Positions 33,580 through 44,536 of a DNA stretch of 64,000 nt are shown piece after piece. A program made the position numbers and the translations under genes. The notes under the pieces were generated by a model. It ran no database searches. It was given only the letters and a program-made list of their open reading frames with translations, and was not told where the DNA came from. This DNA is from TPA_inf: Saccharomyces (taxonomy: Eukaryota), in contig BK006940.2 in assembly GCA_000146045.2 (NCBI GenBank), positions 128,001-192,000 of the forward strand. Reading direction: 5' to 3'. Positions within the stretch are counted from its first letter, which is position 1. Every line of letters begins with the position of its first letter.

Positions 33580-34134
33580 TACTATTAATATATTTTCATA
33601 TAATTAGTATAATCTCATATACGCTGCCAGAAGATAACATGAAAATTAAGAAACAATCATCAGCTTCAATGGAAGTTGAAGTGCAAGGATAAATAATACT
33701 ATTTAGAAATATGGATTTTCCCTCGTTGACTAGAAGATCTGTGAAGATTGGGTGAATAGTTTAATAATTATTGGATCCCATTATTGATCAAGGCTATAAT
33801 ACTTGACTATTTGGCGAATTTTGAGATAATTGTTGGGATTCCATTGTTGATAAAGGCCATAATATTATGTATACAGGATATACTAGAAGTTCTCCTCGAT
33901 GATATAGGAATCCTCGAAATGGAATCTATATTTCTACATACTAATATTACGATTATTCCTCATTCCGTTTTATATGTTTCATTATCCTATTGCATTATCA
34001 ATCCTTGCACTTCAGCTTCCTCTAACTTCGATGACAGCTTCTCATAACTTATGTCATCATCTTTACACCGTATATGATAATATATTGATAATATAACTAT
34101 TAGTTGATAGACGATAGTGGATTTTTATTCCAAC
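33580..34134. repeat. Two adjacent delta LTR remnants: a plus-strand fragment (~33580-33825) and a near-full minus-strand delta (~33826-34134), about 95 bp upstream of tG(GCC)
   Basis: The minus-strand copy reads rc-delta from GAGATAATTGTTGGGATTCCATTGTTGATAAAGGC... to ...GATAGTGGATTTTTATTCCAACA. The plus fragment matches the delta interior. Confidence 0.7.
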
Positions 34135-34227
34135 ACACTAATTATCATTCGTTACATCTCAAATTGGTTAGAGAAGTTACAAACATTATTATTGATTTAT
34201 CCAAGGATAGTTTTCACAAGAAAACAA

Positions 34228-34298
34228 GCGCAAGTGGTTTAGTGGTAAAATCCAACGTTGCCATCGTTGGGCCCCCGGTTCGATTCCGGGCTTGCGCA
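34228..34298 (+). tRNA. tG(GCC)F1: tRNA-Gly (GCC), 71 nt, followed by a Pol III T-run terminator at 34300-34311
   Basis: GCGCAAGTGGTTTAGTGGTAAAATCCAACGTTGCCATCGTTGGGCCCCCGGTTCGATTCCGGGCTTGCGCA. Confidence 0.93.
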
Positions 34299-34487
34299 GT
34301 TTCTTTTTTTTCTGATTTTTATTTTTTTGTTCCTGAAAATTTTTCGTATTATTAGATCTAGTAGAAAATGAAAGACATTTGAAAAGAGAAATATATATTC
34401 TGCAGTAAGCTAGCTAAGACTAGTCGTTTTGAAGCGCTAAAACGTTAACTTCGATTCATAGCACAAAAGGTAAATAACTTTTTTGAA

Positions 34488-36746
34488 ATGGCAAGCATCG
34501 GTTCGCAAGTGAGAAAAGCTGCTTCTAGTATTGACCCTATCGTCACGGATTACGCAGTGGGCTACTTTAACCACTTGTCCGGAATAACTTTTGATGCTGT
34601 TCAAAGTAAGCAGGTAGATTTGTCCACTGAAGTGCAATTTGTGTCCGATTTATTGATTGATGCGGGTGCGTCAAAGGCTAAAGTTAAAGAACTATCGGAA
34701 AGTATTTTGAAGCAATTGACTACTCAACTAAAGGAGAACGAAGCCAAATTGGAATTGACCGGTGATACGTCCAAGAGATTACTTGATATTAATGTCTTAA
34801 AGAGTCATAACAGTAAATCCGATATCAACGTCTCATTAAGCATGCTGGGTGTGAACGGTGACATCGAACATACTGGTAGAAAGATGGAAACAAGAGTTGA
34901 TTTGAAAAAACTGGCCAAGGCTGAACAAAAGATCGCAAAGAAAGTCGCCAAGAGAAATAACAAATTTGTTAAATACGAGGCTTCTAAATTGATCAATGAC
35001 CAAAAGGAGGAGGATTACGATTCTTTCTTTTTGCAAATCAACCCTTTAGAATTCGGTTCATCCGCTGGTAAATCCAAGGATATCCATATTGACACTTTCG
35101 ACTTGTACGTTGGTGACGGTCAAAGAATTTTGTCCAACGCCCAATTGACTCTAAGTTTTGGTCACAGATATGGTCTTGTGGGCCAAAATGGTATTGGTAA
35201 ATCTACTTTGTTAAGGGCTCTATCTAGAAGAGAGCTGAACGTCCCCAAACATGTTTCGATTTTACACGTGGAACAAGAGTTAAGAGGTGATGATACAAAG
35301 GCTTTACAAAGTGTGCTGGATGCAGACGTTTGGAGAAAACAACTATTAAGTGAAGAAGCCAAGATCAATGAAAGATTAAAGGAAATGGATGTATTAAGAC
35401 AGGAATTCGAAGAAGACAGTTTAGAAGTTAAAAAATTGGACAATGAAAGAGAAGACTTGGATAACCATTTGATACAGATTTCTGACAAATTAGTCGATAT
35501 GGAATCTGACAAGGCTGAAGCTAGGGCAGCATCAATCTTATATGGTTTGGGGTTCAGTACGGAGGCACAGCAACAACCCACTAATTCCTTTTCCGGTGGT
35601 TGGAGAATGAGATTGTCCTTGGCAAGAGCCTTATTCTGTCAACCAGATCTTTTGTTGTTAGATGAACCTTCCAATATGTTGGATGTGCCATCCATCGCTT
35701 ATTTAGCAGAGTATTTGAAAACATATCCAAATACAGTTTTGACAGTTTCTCACGACCGTGCATTCTTGAATGAAGTGGCTACAGATATCATTTATCAACA
35801 CAACGAAAGACTAGACTATTACAGAGGCCAAGATTTCGATACCTTTTACACCACAAAGGAGGAACGTAGAAAGAATGCTCAACGTGAGTATGATAACCAA
35901 ATGGTTTACAGAAAGCACTTGCAAGAGTTTATTGACAAATACAGATACAATGCTGCCAAATCACAGGAAGCTCAATCAAGAATTAAGAAATTGGAAAAAT
36001 TGCCCGTTTTGGAGCCACCTGAACAAGACAAAACCATTGATTTCAAATTCCCTGAATGTGATAAATTGTCTCCACCAATTATCCAATTGCAAGACGTTTC
36101 CTTTGGTTATGATGAAAACAACCTATTATTGAAAGATGTTAACCTGGACGTTCAAATGGATTCCAGAATTGCCCTTGTAGGTGCCAATGGTTGTGGTAAG
36201 ACTACACTGTTGAAGATTATGATGGAGCAGTTAAGACCACTAAAAGGCTTTGTATCAAGAAACCCAAGATTACGTATAGGCTACTTCACTCAACATCATG
36301 TGGATTCTATGGATTTGACCACGTCTGCAGTGGACTGGATGTCCAAATCCTTCCCAGGTAAAACTGATGAAGAGTATAGACGTCATCTAGGTTCATTTGG
36401 TATCACTGGTACCCTGGGTCTACAAAAGATGCAATTATTATCCGGTGGTCAAAAATCTCGTGTAGCATTCGCTGCATTGTGTTTAAATAATCCACACATT
36501 TTGGTTCTGGATGAACCTTCTAACCATTTGGATACCACTGGTCTAGACGCTTTGGTAGAAGCCTTGAAAAATTTCAACGGTGGTGTCTTAATGGTTTCCC
36601 ATGATATCTCTGTTATTGACTCTGTTTGTAAAGAGATTTGGGTTTCAGAGCAAGGTACTGTCAAGAGGTTCGAAGGTACAATTTACGACTATAGAGATTA
36701 CATCTTGCAGTCTGCTGATGCTGCAGGTGTGGTTAAAAAGCATTGA
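34488..36746 (+). CDS. GCN20: ABC-F family ATPase (two nucleotide-binding domains, no TM), positive regulator of Gcn2; 752 aa
   Basis: Two Walker A sites ([18 protein letters not shown]) and two LSGGQ/LSGGW signature motifs. Length matches GCN20. Confidence 0.92.
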
Positions 36747-36965
36747 TTATTTAGGAAGCACCTCAGAATATATTTTCCATAGAAGCCTAAATTAAGTATG
36801 CATTCATAGCCCCATGATACTTTTTTTTTTTGACTACTTGTATTGGAATCTAATTGACCTAACTGGGCATTCTGGGTCATTGGTATATGTATCACTTTTT
36901 ACGTAAAAAAGTAGTGGCTAATATAAAACATAAAATCTACAAGAAGGGTGAAGTGCTTTTCGAAT

Positions 36966-36974
36966 TTTGCCACT
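36966..36974 (-). promoter_or_regulatory. PACE-like element AGTGGCAAA (8/9) about 95 bp upstream of UBP6
   Basis: The minus-strand sequence matches GGTGGCAAA except at the first position. UBP6 is a proteasome-associated DUB expected to be in the Rpn4 regulon. Confidence 0.5.
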
Positions 36975-37066
36975 GCAAGTAATTGGTGCAATTGAAATAC
37001 GAGATTTCGTTCTCTAAGAGGATATAAAAATAAGGAAATTAGCCCTACCTATCCTTGTGTTAAAAT

Positions 37067-38566
37067 ATGAGCGGAGAAACGTTTGAGTTCAATATTAGAC
37101 ATTCTGGTAAAGTTTACCCAATAACACTTTCCACTGATGCTACTTCAGCAGATTTGAAAAGCAAAGCAGAGGAATTGACCCAAGTCCCAAGTGCCCGCCA
37201 AAAATACATGGTTAAAGGTGGCTTGTCTGGCGAAGAGTCCATTAAAATATATCCCTTAATCAAGCCAGGATCGACAGTAATGCTATTGGGGACTCCAGAT
37301 GCTAACCTGATTTCTAAACCAGCCAAAAAGAATAATTTCATTGAAGACCTTGCGCCTGAGCAACAAGTCCAACAATTTGCTCAATTGCCTGTTGGTTTCA
37401 AGAATATGGGCAACACCTGTTATCTGAATGCTACCCTACAGGCTTTATACAGAGTGAACGATTTAAGGGATATGATTCTTAATTATAACCCTTCTCAAGG
37501 TGTGTCTAACAGTGGTGCACAAGATGAAGAGATTCACAAACAAATCGTTATTGAAATGAAGCGTTGTTTTGAAAATTTACAGAATAAAAGTTTCAAGAGT
37601 GTTTTGCCAATTGTGTTATTAAACACGCTAAGAAAGTGTTATCCACAATTTGCTGAACGTGATTCACAAGGTGGGTTCTATAAACAGCAAGACGCTGAGG
37701 AGTTGTTTACACAACTATTCCATAGTATGAGTATTGTTTTTGGTGACAAATTTTCCGAAGATTTCAGGATTCAATTTAAAACTACCATCAAAGACACAGC
37801 TAATGATAACGATATTACTGTTAAAGAAAATGAAAGCGATTCTAAATTACAATGTCATATTTCTGGTACTACAAATTTCATGAGAAATGGGCTCCTGGAA
37901 GGTTTGAATGAGAAAATTGAAAAAAGATCAGACTTGACTGGCGCCAATTCCATCTATAGCGTCGAAAAGAAAATATCAAGATTACCAAAGTTTTTAACTG
38001 TTCAGTACGTTAGATTTTTCTGGAAAAGGTCAACCAACAAAAAATCTAAAATATTGCGTAAGGTCGTTTTCCCATTTCAATTAGATGTTGCAGACATGCT
38101 TACCCCAGAATACGCAGCAGAGAAGGTAAAAGTTCGTGACGAACTGAGAAAAGTTGAAAAGGAGAAAAATGAAAAGGAAAGAGAGATCAAAAGGCGTAAA
38201 TTTGACCCATCATCCAGTGAAAATGTCATGACACCAAGAGAACAATATGAGACACAAGTGGCTCTTAACGAAAGTGAAAAAGATCAATGGCTCGAAGAGT
38301 ATAAGAAACATTTTCCTCCAAACTTGGAAAAAGGTGAAAACCCATCTTGTGTTTATAACTTGATCGGTGTCATTACACATCAAGGTGCCAATTCTGAGTC
38401 TGGACACTATCAAGCTTTCATAAGGGACGAACTGGACGAAAATAAATGGTACAAATTTAATGATGATAAAGTTAGCGTTGTTGAAAAGGAAAAAATTGAA
38501 TCTTTAGCCGGTGGGGGCGAAAGTGATAGTGCACTGATCTTAATGTATAAAGGATTTGGTCTGTAA
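37067..38566 (+). CDS. UBP6: Proteasome-associated ubiquitin-specific protease with N-terminal ubiquitin-like domain, 499 aa
   Basis: UBL domain at the N-terminus, Cys box [16 protein letters not shown], His box GHYQAF. Length matches UBP6. Confidence 0.93.
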
Positions 38567-38745
38567 GTCCATTTTTCATTTTTTCAAAATTAATAGTTTT
38601 TTCGGAATATACATATACATTTTTTTACATACACATAAAAATATTTCTCTCCCTTTTACGTTCATCCGCCAATCGATAAAAATGCATTTTATATACATGA
38701 AATGGCGAATTCTTTTTGGTCGAGTTTATGTATACTTTTTCTTAT

Positions 38746-39258
38746 TCAACCCATAACGAGCTTCTTGAATTCTTCCATCTCTTCGTAACAATTCAATGGC
38801 TTGCCCTTATTGGCCAAAAGACACTCAGTCAATTTTGCCTTTATAGAAATGCTGCCGTTGTCGGTTTTTTTATCAGATTTACCTTTGGCACCCCCATATT
38901 TCTCCAACTTTTGTAACTCTAATTGATCAAATAATGTTAGTTTCTTGTTCAACGACTCGATTTGATTATTCAATGAACTTGATGATATTCCATCAACGGC
39001 ATCCTTGTCGTCGTCTGATAATAGTGAATTGTTCAAAGTATCTTCAAACTTCTTTAACGTTTCAACTTCTAGGTTAGATAGCCTTTGTGAAACCTTCTTC
39101 TCAATGAACTTTTCTGCATTTTGCTTGGTGACATAGTCTGATTCCTTCGATGAATCCAATTGAGAAACCAAAGACTGTGAAAAATCGATCTGTGTTAGCG
39201 GAGTATAGACTTGTTGTTTTTCTGCACCAGCACCCACTTTGGAAGTGTTTGAACCCAT
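38746..39258 (-). CDS. MIC19: MICOS complex subunit Mic19 (CHCH-less yeast form), 170 aa, N-myristoylation consensus MGSNTSK
   Basis: MGxxxS myristoylation motif. Length and position match YFR011C. Confidence 0.8.
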
Positions 39259-39436
39259 GATTGACTCTGTATTAGTCGATATACCACCTTGTTTTTGTTC
39301 TTGAATTTTTTTTTGATTAGCAATCTCTTTGAAATGTTCCTCCTCACTTGTTTTTTCCTCTGCGTCTCATTGGAAGAAGAAATATATATATATGCGACAT
39401 ACCACGAATATTCGTAGTTTTTTACAACAAAAACGA

Positions 39437-39525
39437 CTCTCGGTAGCCAAGTTGGTTTAAGGCGCAAGACTGTAATTTACCACTACGAAATCTTGAGATC
39501 GGGCGTTCGACTCGCCCCCGGGAGA
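39437..39525 (+). tRNA. tY(GUA)F1: tRNA-Tyr (GUA) with 14-nt intron, 89 nt, T-run terminator follows
   Basis: CTCTCGGTAGCCAAGTTGGTTTAAGGCGCAAGACTGTAA-[intron TTTACCACTACGAA]-ATCTTGAGATCGGGCGTTCGACTCGCCCCCGGGAGA. Confidence 0.92.
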
Positions 39526-39884
39526 TATTTTTTTAAATCTTGCAGCTTTCAATATTTAAATATAAGTAATAAACCATCAGTTAAACAACAGAACAAGTAT
39601 TTCTTAAATCTCATGAAAAATCTAATAATGTTATTTGCCGAATTTTATTATTGATTTGGTTGGTCTTCTTGATAATTCTGTGGGCGCTTTTTTTGTGACA
39701 TATTAAAATTGCGAAATTGCAAACGAAAATATAAATATATATGAATGTTAATAAATAAATTATTTAATTGATGATTGAGGATGAAATACACTTTTATGAT
39801 CTGTCCTTACGCGTAATAATTACAAGAAGGTGAGAAAATTGCCTTTTTTTGCTAATTTTTTTTTTTTGGTACCATATTCAATAA

Positions 39885-40496
39885 TTGATGCTAAATTATA
39901 AATTGATTTTATTGTTTTCCTCTTTCCTACAATTAATCTCTTTTTCTGGCTTTATGATATGTTGTTTAACTTCACCAATAATTAGAAACTGGGGGCTGGC
40001 TCAAGCTGCTGGAGTTTCATATGGTACCTTTGGTTACTGTAAAACTTTGAATTCTTTTTCCTGCTCTCGAGTACGTTTAATATATAACACCTCGAAAGAA
40101 ATATTACCTGGCCCTTCTCTTGAACGTTGGTGGCTGAGTCCTAAGGCAAGACATACAATAGGAGGACTTTTGATTTCGATACCGGTTGCTACATGTTTGA
40201 CTTTCATTTCTTTTGCACTTCCCTTGGTTATTATTTTTCTTTTTCAGACTGGAGGAACTAATGTCTCACTTATTACTTCCAACGCTATATTACACATATT
40301 GACACTTTTATCAACTATTTTTGCATGCACCGTGATCCTGTTACTTTGCATGCACCGTGATCCTGTTACAATTTCATCCTTATACGACTTGGTGTGGCTG
40401 GCTAACTGTTCCCTGTTCCCTCTGCTCGTTATTGGCGTGCATTTTCTCAGTTTTAGGTTTGATACGTCTGCGCAGTCAGACAGAAAACATAGCTAA
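39885..40496 (+). CDS. DCV1: SUR7/PalI-family multi-TM membrane protein, truncated at 203 aa by a frameshift; N-terminal three TM helices
   Basis: Length and position match YFR012W. Hydrophobic helices MMLNYKLILLFSSFLQLISFSGFMICCL, IGGLLISIPVATCLTFISFALPLVIIFLF, LTLLSTIFACTVILLL. The reading frame changes inside a 25-bp tandem duplication at 40320-40369. Confidence 0.8.
   Translation: MMLNYKLILLFSSFLQLISFSGFMICCLTSPIIRNWGLAQAAGVSYGTFGYCKTLNSFSCSRVRLIYNTSKEILPGPSLERWWLSPKARHTIGGLLISIPVATCLTFISFALPLVIIFLFQTGGTNVSLITSNAILHILTLLSTIFACTVILLLCMHRDPVTISSLYDLVWLANCSLFPLLVIGVHFLSFRFDTSAQSDRKHS
40320..40369 (+). repeat. Perfect 25-bp tandem duplication (TTTGCATGCACCGTGATCCTGTTAC x2) inside the DCV1 coding region
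   Basis: Direct inspection: 40320-40344 and 40345-40369 are identical. 25 bp is not a multiple of 3, so it makes a +1 frameshift. Confidence 0.95.
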
Positions 40497-41310
40497 AGAA
40501 GCTAGTATAGAGAACGTAGACAGTATTCTCAAACTATATGGAACGAGTCAAACATCAAGTTCCCTTGGCGAAAATTATCCACAAACAACTAAGGGCACAG
40601 ACCAATCTGTGTATGACATCACAAGTCTTTTTAATGATCTACCAAGGACCTTAGATCCCAATCAAGATAAACTGGCGGTAACAAATCAAGATGAACCACC
40701 GCCTGAAATCAAATCTCCATTGAAGCAAGCAGGTTTGGTGAGTTTCTTCGCTCCAAAGTTGAATGGTAAACAAATATTTTCTAGAAGGCATGTTGAAAAT
40801 CAAAAATCCTTATCTTTGGATGAAATCAATATAACCGACTTACCTGCAAAGCAAGAAAATGTGGAAATGCCTACTGAAAAAAAAAAGGCAAATATTTTAT
40901 ATTATGAGGGAATCTCAAGCCATTCACAAGATAACTACGACCCTCCTTGGTTATTTGGCGTTGAGGCTACCCAATCAGCCGATTGCTTTAAAATATATTC
41001 AAAAAAAAATCATTGTCTCACAGAGCCCCGCCAATATCAACTACAACAACCAAATAATTACCAGGATCAAAGTGAGGTTCCTCATAACTCTTTCATTCCT
41101 TGGTATTCCCGAAGAAGACCAGTAGGATACAACCACAATTACAATCGCTACTACTCACAGACAACTCATGGTAACAGCGAACACTCCCGACAAACATTGC
41201 CACAGACCTACAACATACACAGCATGCTCCCCAGAAAGTACAAGCCCGCCTACAAAAAACAGGCACATCGTGTGAAGAGTAATCCACAACCAGCTTATAC
41301 TTTCCAATGA
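40370..41310 (+). pseudogene. Out-of-frame 3' continuation of DCV1 (fourth TM helix plus ~290-aa hydrophilic tail), separated from the 5' ORF only by the 25-bp duplication
   Basis: Removing one repeat copy in silico joins 39885-40344 to 40370-41310 in a single frame, reading ...IFACTVILLQFHPYTTWCGWLTVPCSLCSLLACIFSVLGLIRLRSQ... (466 aa). The track ORF 40357-41310 is this frame with a fortuitous start. Confidence 0.7.
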
Positions 41311-41921
41311 CAAAATAACAAGAATAAAGTACTATCCAATCTGCTTTTTTTGTACGCGTTTTGTTGGCGCGCCGCAATTTGAAAAATAAGAATAAAGTAC
41401 TTCTTGCTACTATTTAATGATTCCATCCGTATTCCACATCGTTGACGTCTGAGTCTGATAGACTAGTATATAGAAAATAAAAATAAGATAGAGTAAATAG
41501 TATGCTACTTTTATCGAGCCCATCTTTTTGAGCTTAATTTCTGAAACAAAGAAAGGAAGTGCCCATTTTTCCTCTTAACGGTTTCTAAAATTACTGAAGA
41601 GAAAACAACTTTTAGATGTAATTTATTTACATTAACATTAGCAGTGACTACAGAGGACAGGTATGGCGGTATGGCGGTATTTGTTAACATTGACTTTCCT
41701 TATGCGTGGAAGTACTAGTAATATTCCCTCTCGGATCATAAAAGTGAAATATCGTGCTTCACGATTTGCTGAAACTTTAACAAATTCATTGAAATTACGT
41801 GAGTTTATACTAATGAATGGACTTAATTTCTTAAGATGGTGATATCTTCCACATTGGTTTCGGCCAACAAAACTATCACTTACCAAGTACTTCAAGCAAA
41901 GTTTGCAATCCCCTATTGTTT

Positions 41922-44285
41922 ATGGATTCTCCATCCAATTCTATCCAGAATTTGCAGCAAGAAGCCCAGGGCAGCTCTTCCGCACAGCTTGCTGACCATG
42001 ATCATGATCGCGTATCAATGGCTATGCCCTTACAAACCGATCAAAGTGTTAGTGTTTCACAATCTTCTGATAATTTAAGGAGATCAAGACGTGTTCCTAA
42101 GCCAAGAACGAGCATTTATGATGAATACGAGGAAGAGTTAAAGGAAAGGGCGAATAAACCCAAGAGGAAGAGACCTGCTCCTCCTAAGAAAAAGGCACCT
42201 TCCACACAGAACTCTAAATCAAATGATAAAGTAGAGAAAAAGAAGACTACCTCAATTGCTAAGGATGGCAAACCTACACTGAAGACTAATGACAAAAAAG
42301 TGGCGCCGAAACCTAAACCAGCCCATGAACAAGTAGAACCCGCTTTGATCCCTAGCAATTGGACTTCTGTAATACCCTTGCTTACTTCTGATTTCAAGAA
42401 CCAGTATAGTGTCATCTCTAGGTTAAAAAATCCGAACATGAAGCCTGTGCCATATGCTGGAGATATCATTAAGCTGATGGCGTTCATAAATAAGTTTAGT
42501 TCTTTTTTCCATTCTGACCTACAAAATTTATCATTCCAAGATTTTGAGGTCGGTTTAGATTTGTATCCCGGCGATCCTAATGGAAGCGCAGCTGGTATAG
42601 TGAAGGGTCCTGAAGACACCTCCTTATTGCTATATCCTGATTTTATGGCCATCAAGGATATCGTCTATTGCCAAGACAAAATGAATTTACTGTTCCTATC
42701 CTTGTTAGATTTAACATTTACTGAAAATTTTGATGGTAAAAGTGCCAAGAAGAAAGGTCCATTAACAACCTGGGAGAATCTAAAATCGTCCTCCAAGAAA
42801 GTATTTTCCAATCCTCTTTATCGGTTAAGACTTGTAGCTCGCGAATGGGGGTATCCACGAGAATGGCGTCAACAACTCCCCAGTGACCAAGATATCTCCA
42901 AACCTAAAACTGCTCTTTTTGAACAAGATGAACAAACACCAGTGGTGGATCCCAGTCATCCAGAAATTTTAACGCCAAATATATATACCTGGAATGCTAA
43001 TGAACCACTCCCATTGGAATCAAATCCTTTGTATAATCGAGAAATGGACAAGAATGGAATTTTGGCGCTCAAACCAATGGATCGCGTTGTTTTATTGAGG
43101 GCGTTAACTGACTGGTGCGCTTCCCATTCATCTGCTATTCATGACGAGATATACAAATTAACTCATGGTAAAAAAGATCCCGTTTTTGGCATCCAAACAC
43201 AACAAGTGCCTAGGTATACAATTGAAGGGGTAGATAATACCATAAATCAGTTTAAAAAACTCTGCTCACTAATTCAATCAAGATATGAAATCAGAAGTAA
43301 GAAAAAACATTTTGTTAAACAACTAAAAGAGGGTAAAAAACCAGATTTATCAAGGAAGCTAGAAATACTGAAGGAAATTAAAGCGGAATTGAAGAACGCT
43401 GTAAAATCCGAAAAGGATGAACTTTTGTTCTCACTGTACGACAAGTGGGTCCCATTGTTTGAAGGCGAATTACCTGATCAACCATTAGCCAATCCTTTTT
43501 CGGAAAGACTTTATAAATTGCGATTACAAGAGTTCTTCCTTGGTAGAGTTCCCCATATAGGTGATTTTTATATGCCAAGATTACACAGTTATGGGGACTC
43601 ACTCGAAATGAGCACCTTCACTGATTTGAGAAATCTACAAGCATTGCTATCGAAATTCAAAAATAATGAATACAACGCTTTTACACTGTTTGAAAATGAT
43701 GGACAATCGATGAGTGCCCAATTCAAATTGTTTTACCATGACACACCATCGTTGGCGCATGATGTTGCACGAGGCAGAAATACATCGGGGAAGGTTTATT
43801 GGTATGAATTATGCCACGATTCAGCAACACTGCTGGAGTTCTTGGAGTTCTTGGACTATAAAATTGTTAAACCTCAAGATGAGAAAAAGGAGGGAAATGA
43901 AAAAGAAAAAGAAGCACTGAATAATGAAGCGCACATATTGGAGCAGAAATCTACCACTGATAATAATCCCTCCATAAATACAAACCCGCTACCAAAAGAC
44001 GCAAAATATAACACTGCGAGAAAGAAGTTACAGATATTAAAGGAATTTTTATCTGATTACTATTTCATTCTTCGTCAGTTTGAACAAATGAAAGTGCAAT
44101 TTGCAGACATGAAGCCAGGCAAGAGACAGTTGAGAAGGATACAGCGACAGACTGTAAACTATAATACGGAATATGATAGCGAGGAATATGTCGATGATGA
44201 AGAAGACGACGAAGCTGATATTTATGATGACAACGACAATGATTCTTCTTTTGATGATGGTAGAGTTAAAAGGCAGCGCACTTAG
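41922..44285 (+). CDS. IOC3: ISW1a chromatin-remodelling complex subunit, 787 aa from MDSPSNSIQNL; the track ORF starts 2 codons upstream
   Basis: Basic N-terminal region, WHIM-like central domain, acidic C-terminal tail. Length and position match YFR013W. Confidence 0.85.
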   Translation: MDSPSNSIQNLQQEAQGSSSAQLADHDHDRVSMAMPLQTDQSVSVSQSSDNLRRSRRVPKPRTSIYDEYEEELKERANKPKRKRPAPPKKKAPSTQNSKSNDKVEKKKTTSIAKDGKPTLKTNDKKVAPKPKPAHEQVEPALIPSNWTSVIPLLTSDFKNQYSVISRLKNPNMKPVPYAGDIIKLMAFINKFSSFFHSDLQNLSFQDFEVGLDLYPGDPNGSAAGIVKGPEDTSLLLYPDFMAIKDIVYCQDKMNLLFLSLLDLTFTENFDGKSAKKKGPLTTWENLKSSSKKVFSNPLYRLRLVAREWGYPREWRQQLPSDQDISKPKTALFEQDEQTPVVDPSHPEILTPNIYTWNANEPLPLESNPLYNREMDKNGILALKPMDRVVLLRALTDWCASHSSAIHDEIYKLTHGKKDPVFGIQTQQVPRYTIEGVDNTINQFKKLCSLIQSRYEIRSKKKHFVKQLKEGKKPDLSRKLEILKEIKAELKNAVKSEKDELLFSLYDKWVPLFEGELPDQPLANPFSERLYKLRLQEFFLGRVPHIGDFYMPRLHSYGDSLEMSTFTDLRNLQALLSKFKNNEYNAFTLFENDGQSMSAQFKLFYHDTPSLAHDVARGRNTSGKVYWYELCHDSATLLEFLEFLDYKIVKPQDEKKEGNEKEKEALNNEAHILEQKSTTDNNPSINTNPLPKDAKYNTARKKLQILKEFLSDYYFILRQFEQMKVQFADMKPGKRQLRRIQRQTVNYNTEYDSEEYVDDEEDDEADIYDDNDNDSSFDDGRVKRQRT

Positions 44286-44536
44286 ACAACTAGCTTTCAA
44301 CGAACGTGAAGATTGTGAAACTCCTTACAGGCTGCATTTCGATTAATTAAGTAATGTAAAATTAAGACTATTAGTACATAATTAGATACGCGTATCTTTT
44401 CAACTAAGGCATAAAAAAAAAAGGTAGAAAGTGAGGACGAAAAAGTGCAAAATATCAAAGTCAAATCTTGCGCATATTCGAGCTTACAAAGTCATTGAAG
44501 ATTTATTCGCCAGTGTGGTAAAACGGCATACTGTTA

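Noticed and set aside
40357-41310. Treating the 317-aa track ORF as an independent gene with its own start
   Set aside because: Its start codon is GTG, in frame with hydrophobic TM sequence. It is the frameshifted 3' part of DCV1, not a separate gene.
41640-41700. Short GTATGGCG GTATGGCG tandem in the DCV1-IOC3 intergenic region
   Set aside because: Two copies of an 8-mer. Too short to mean anything without more evidence.
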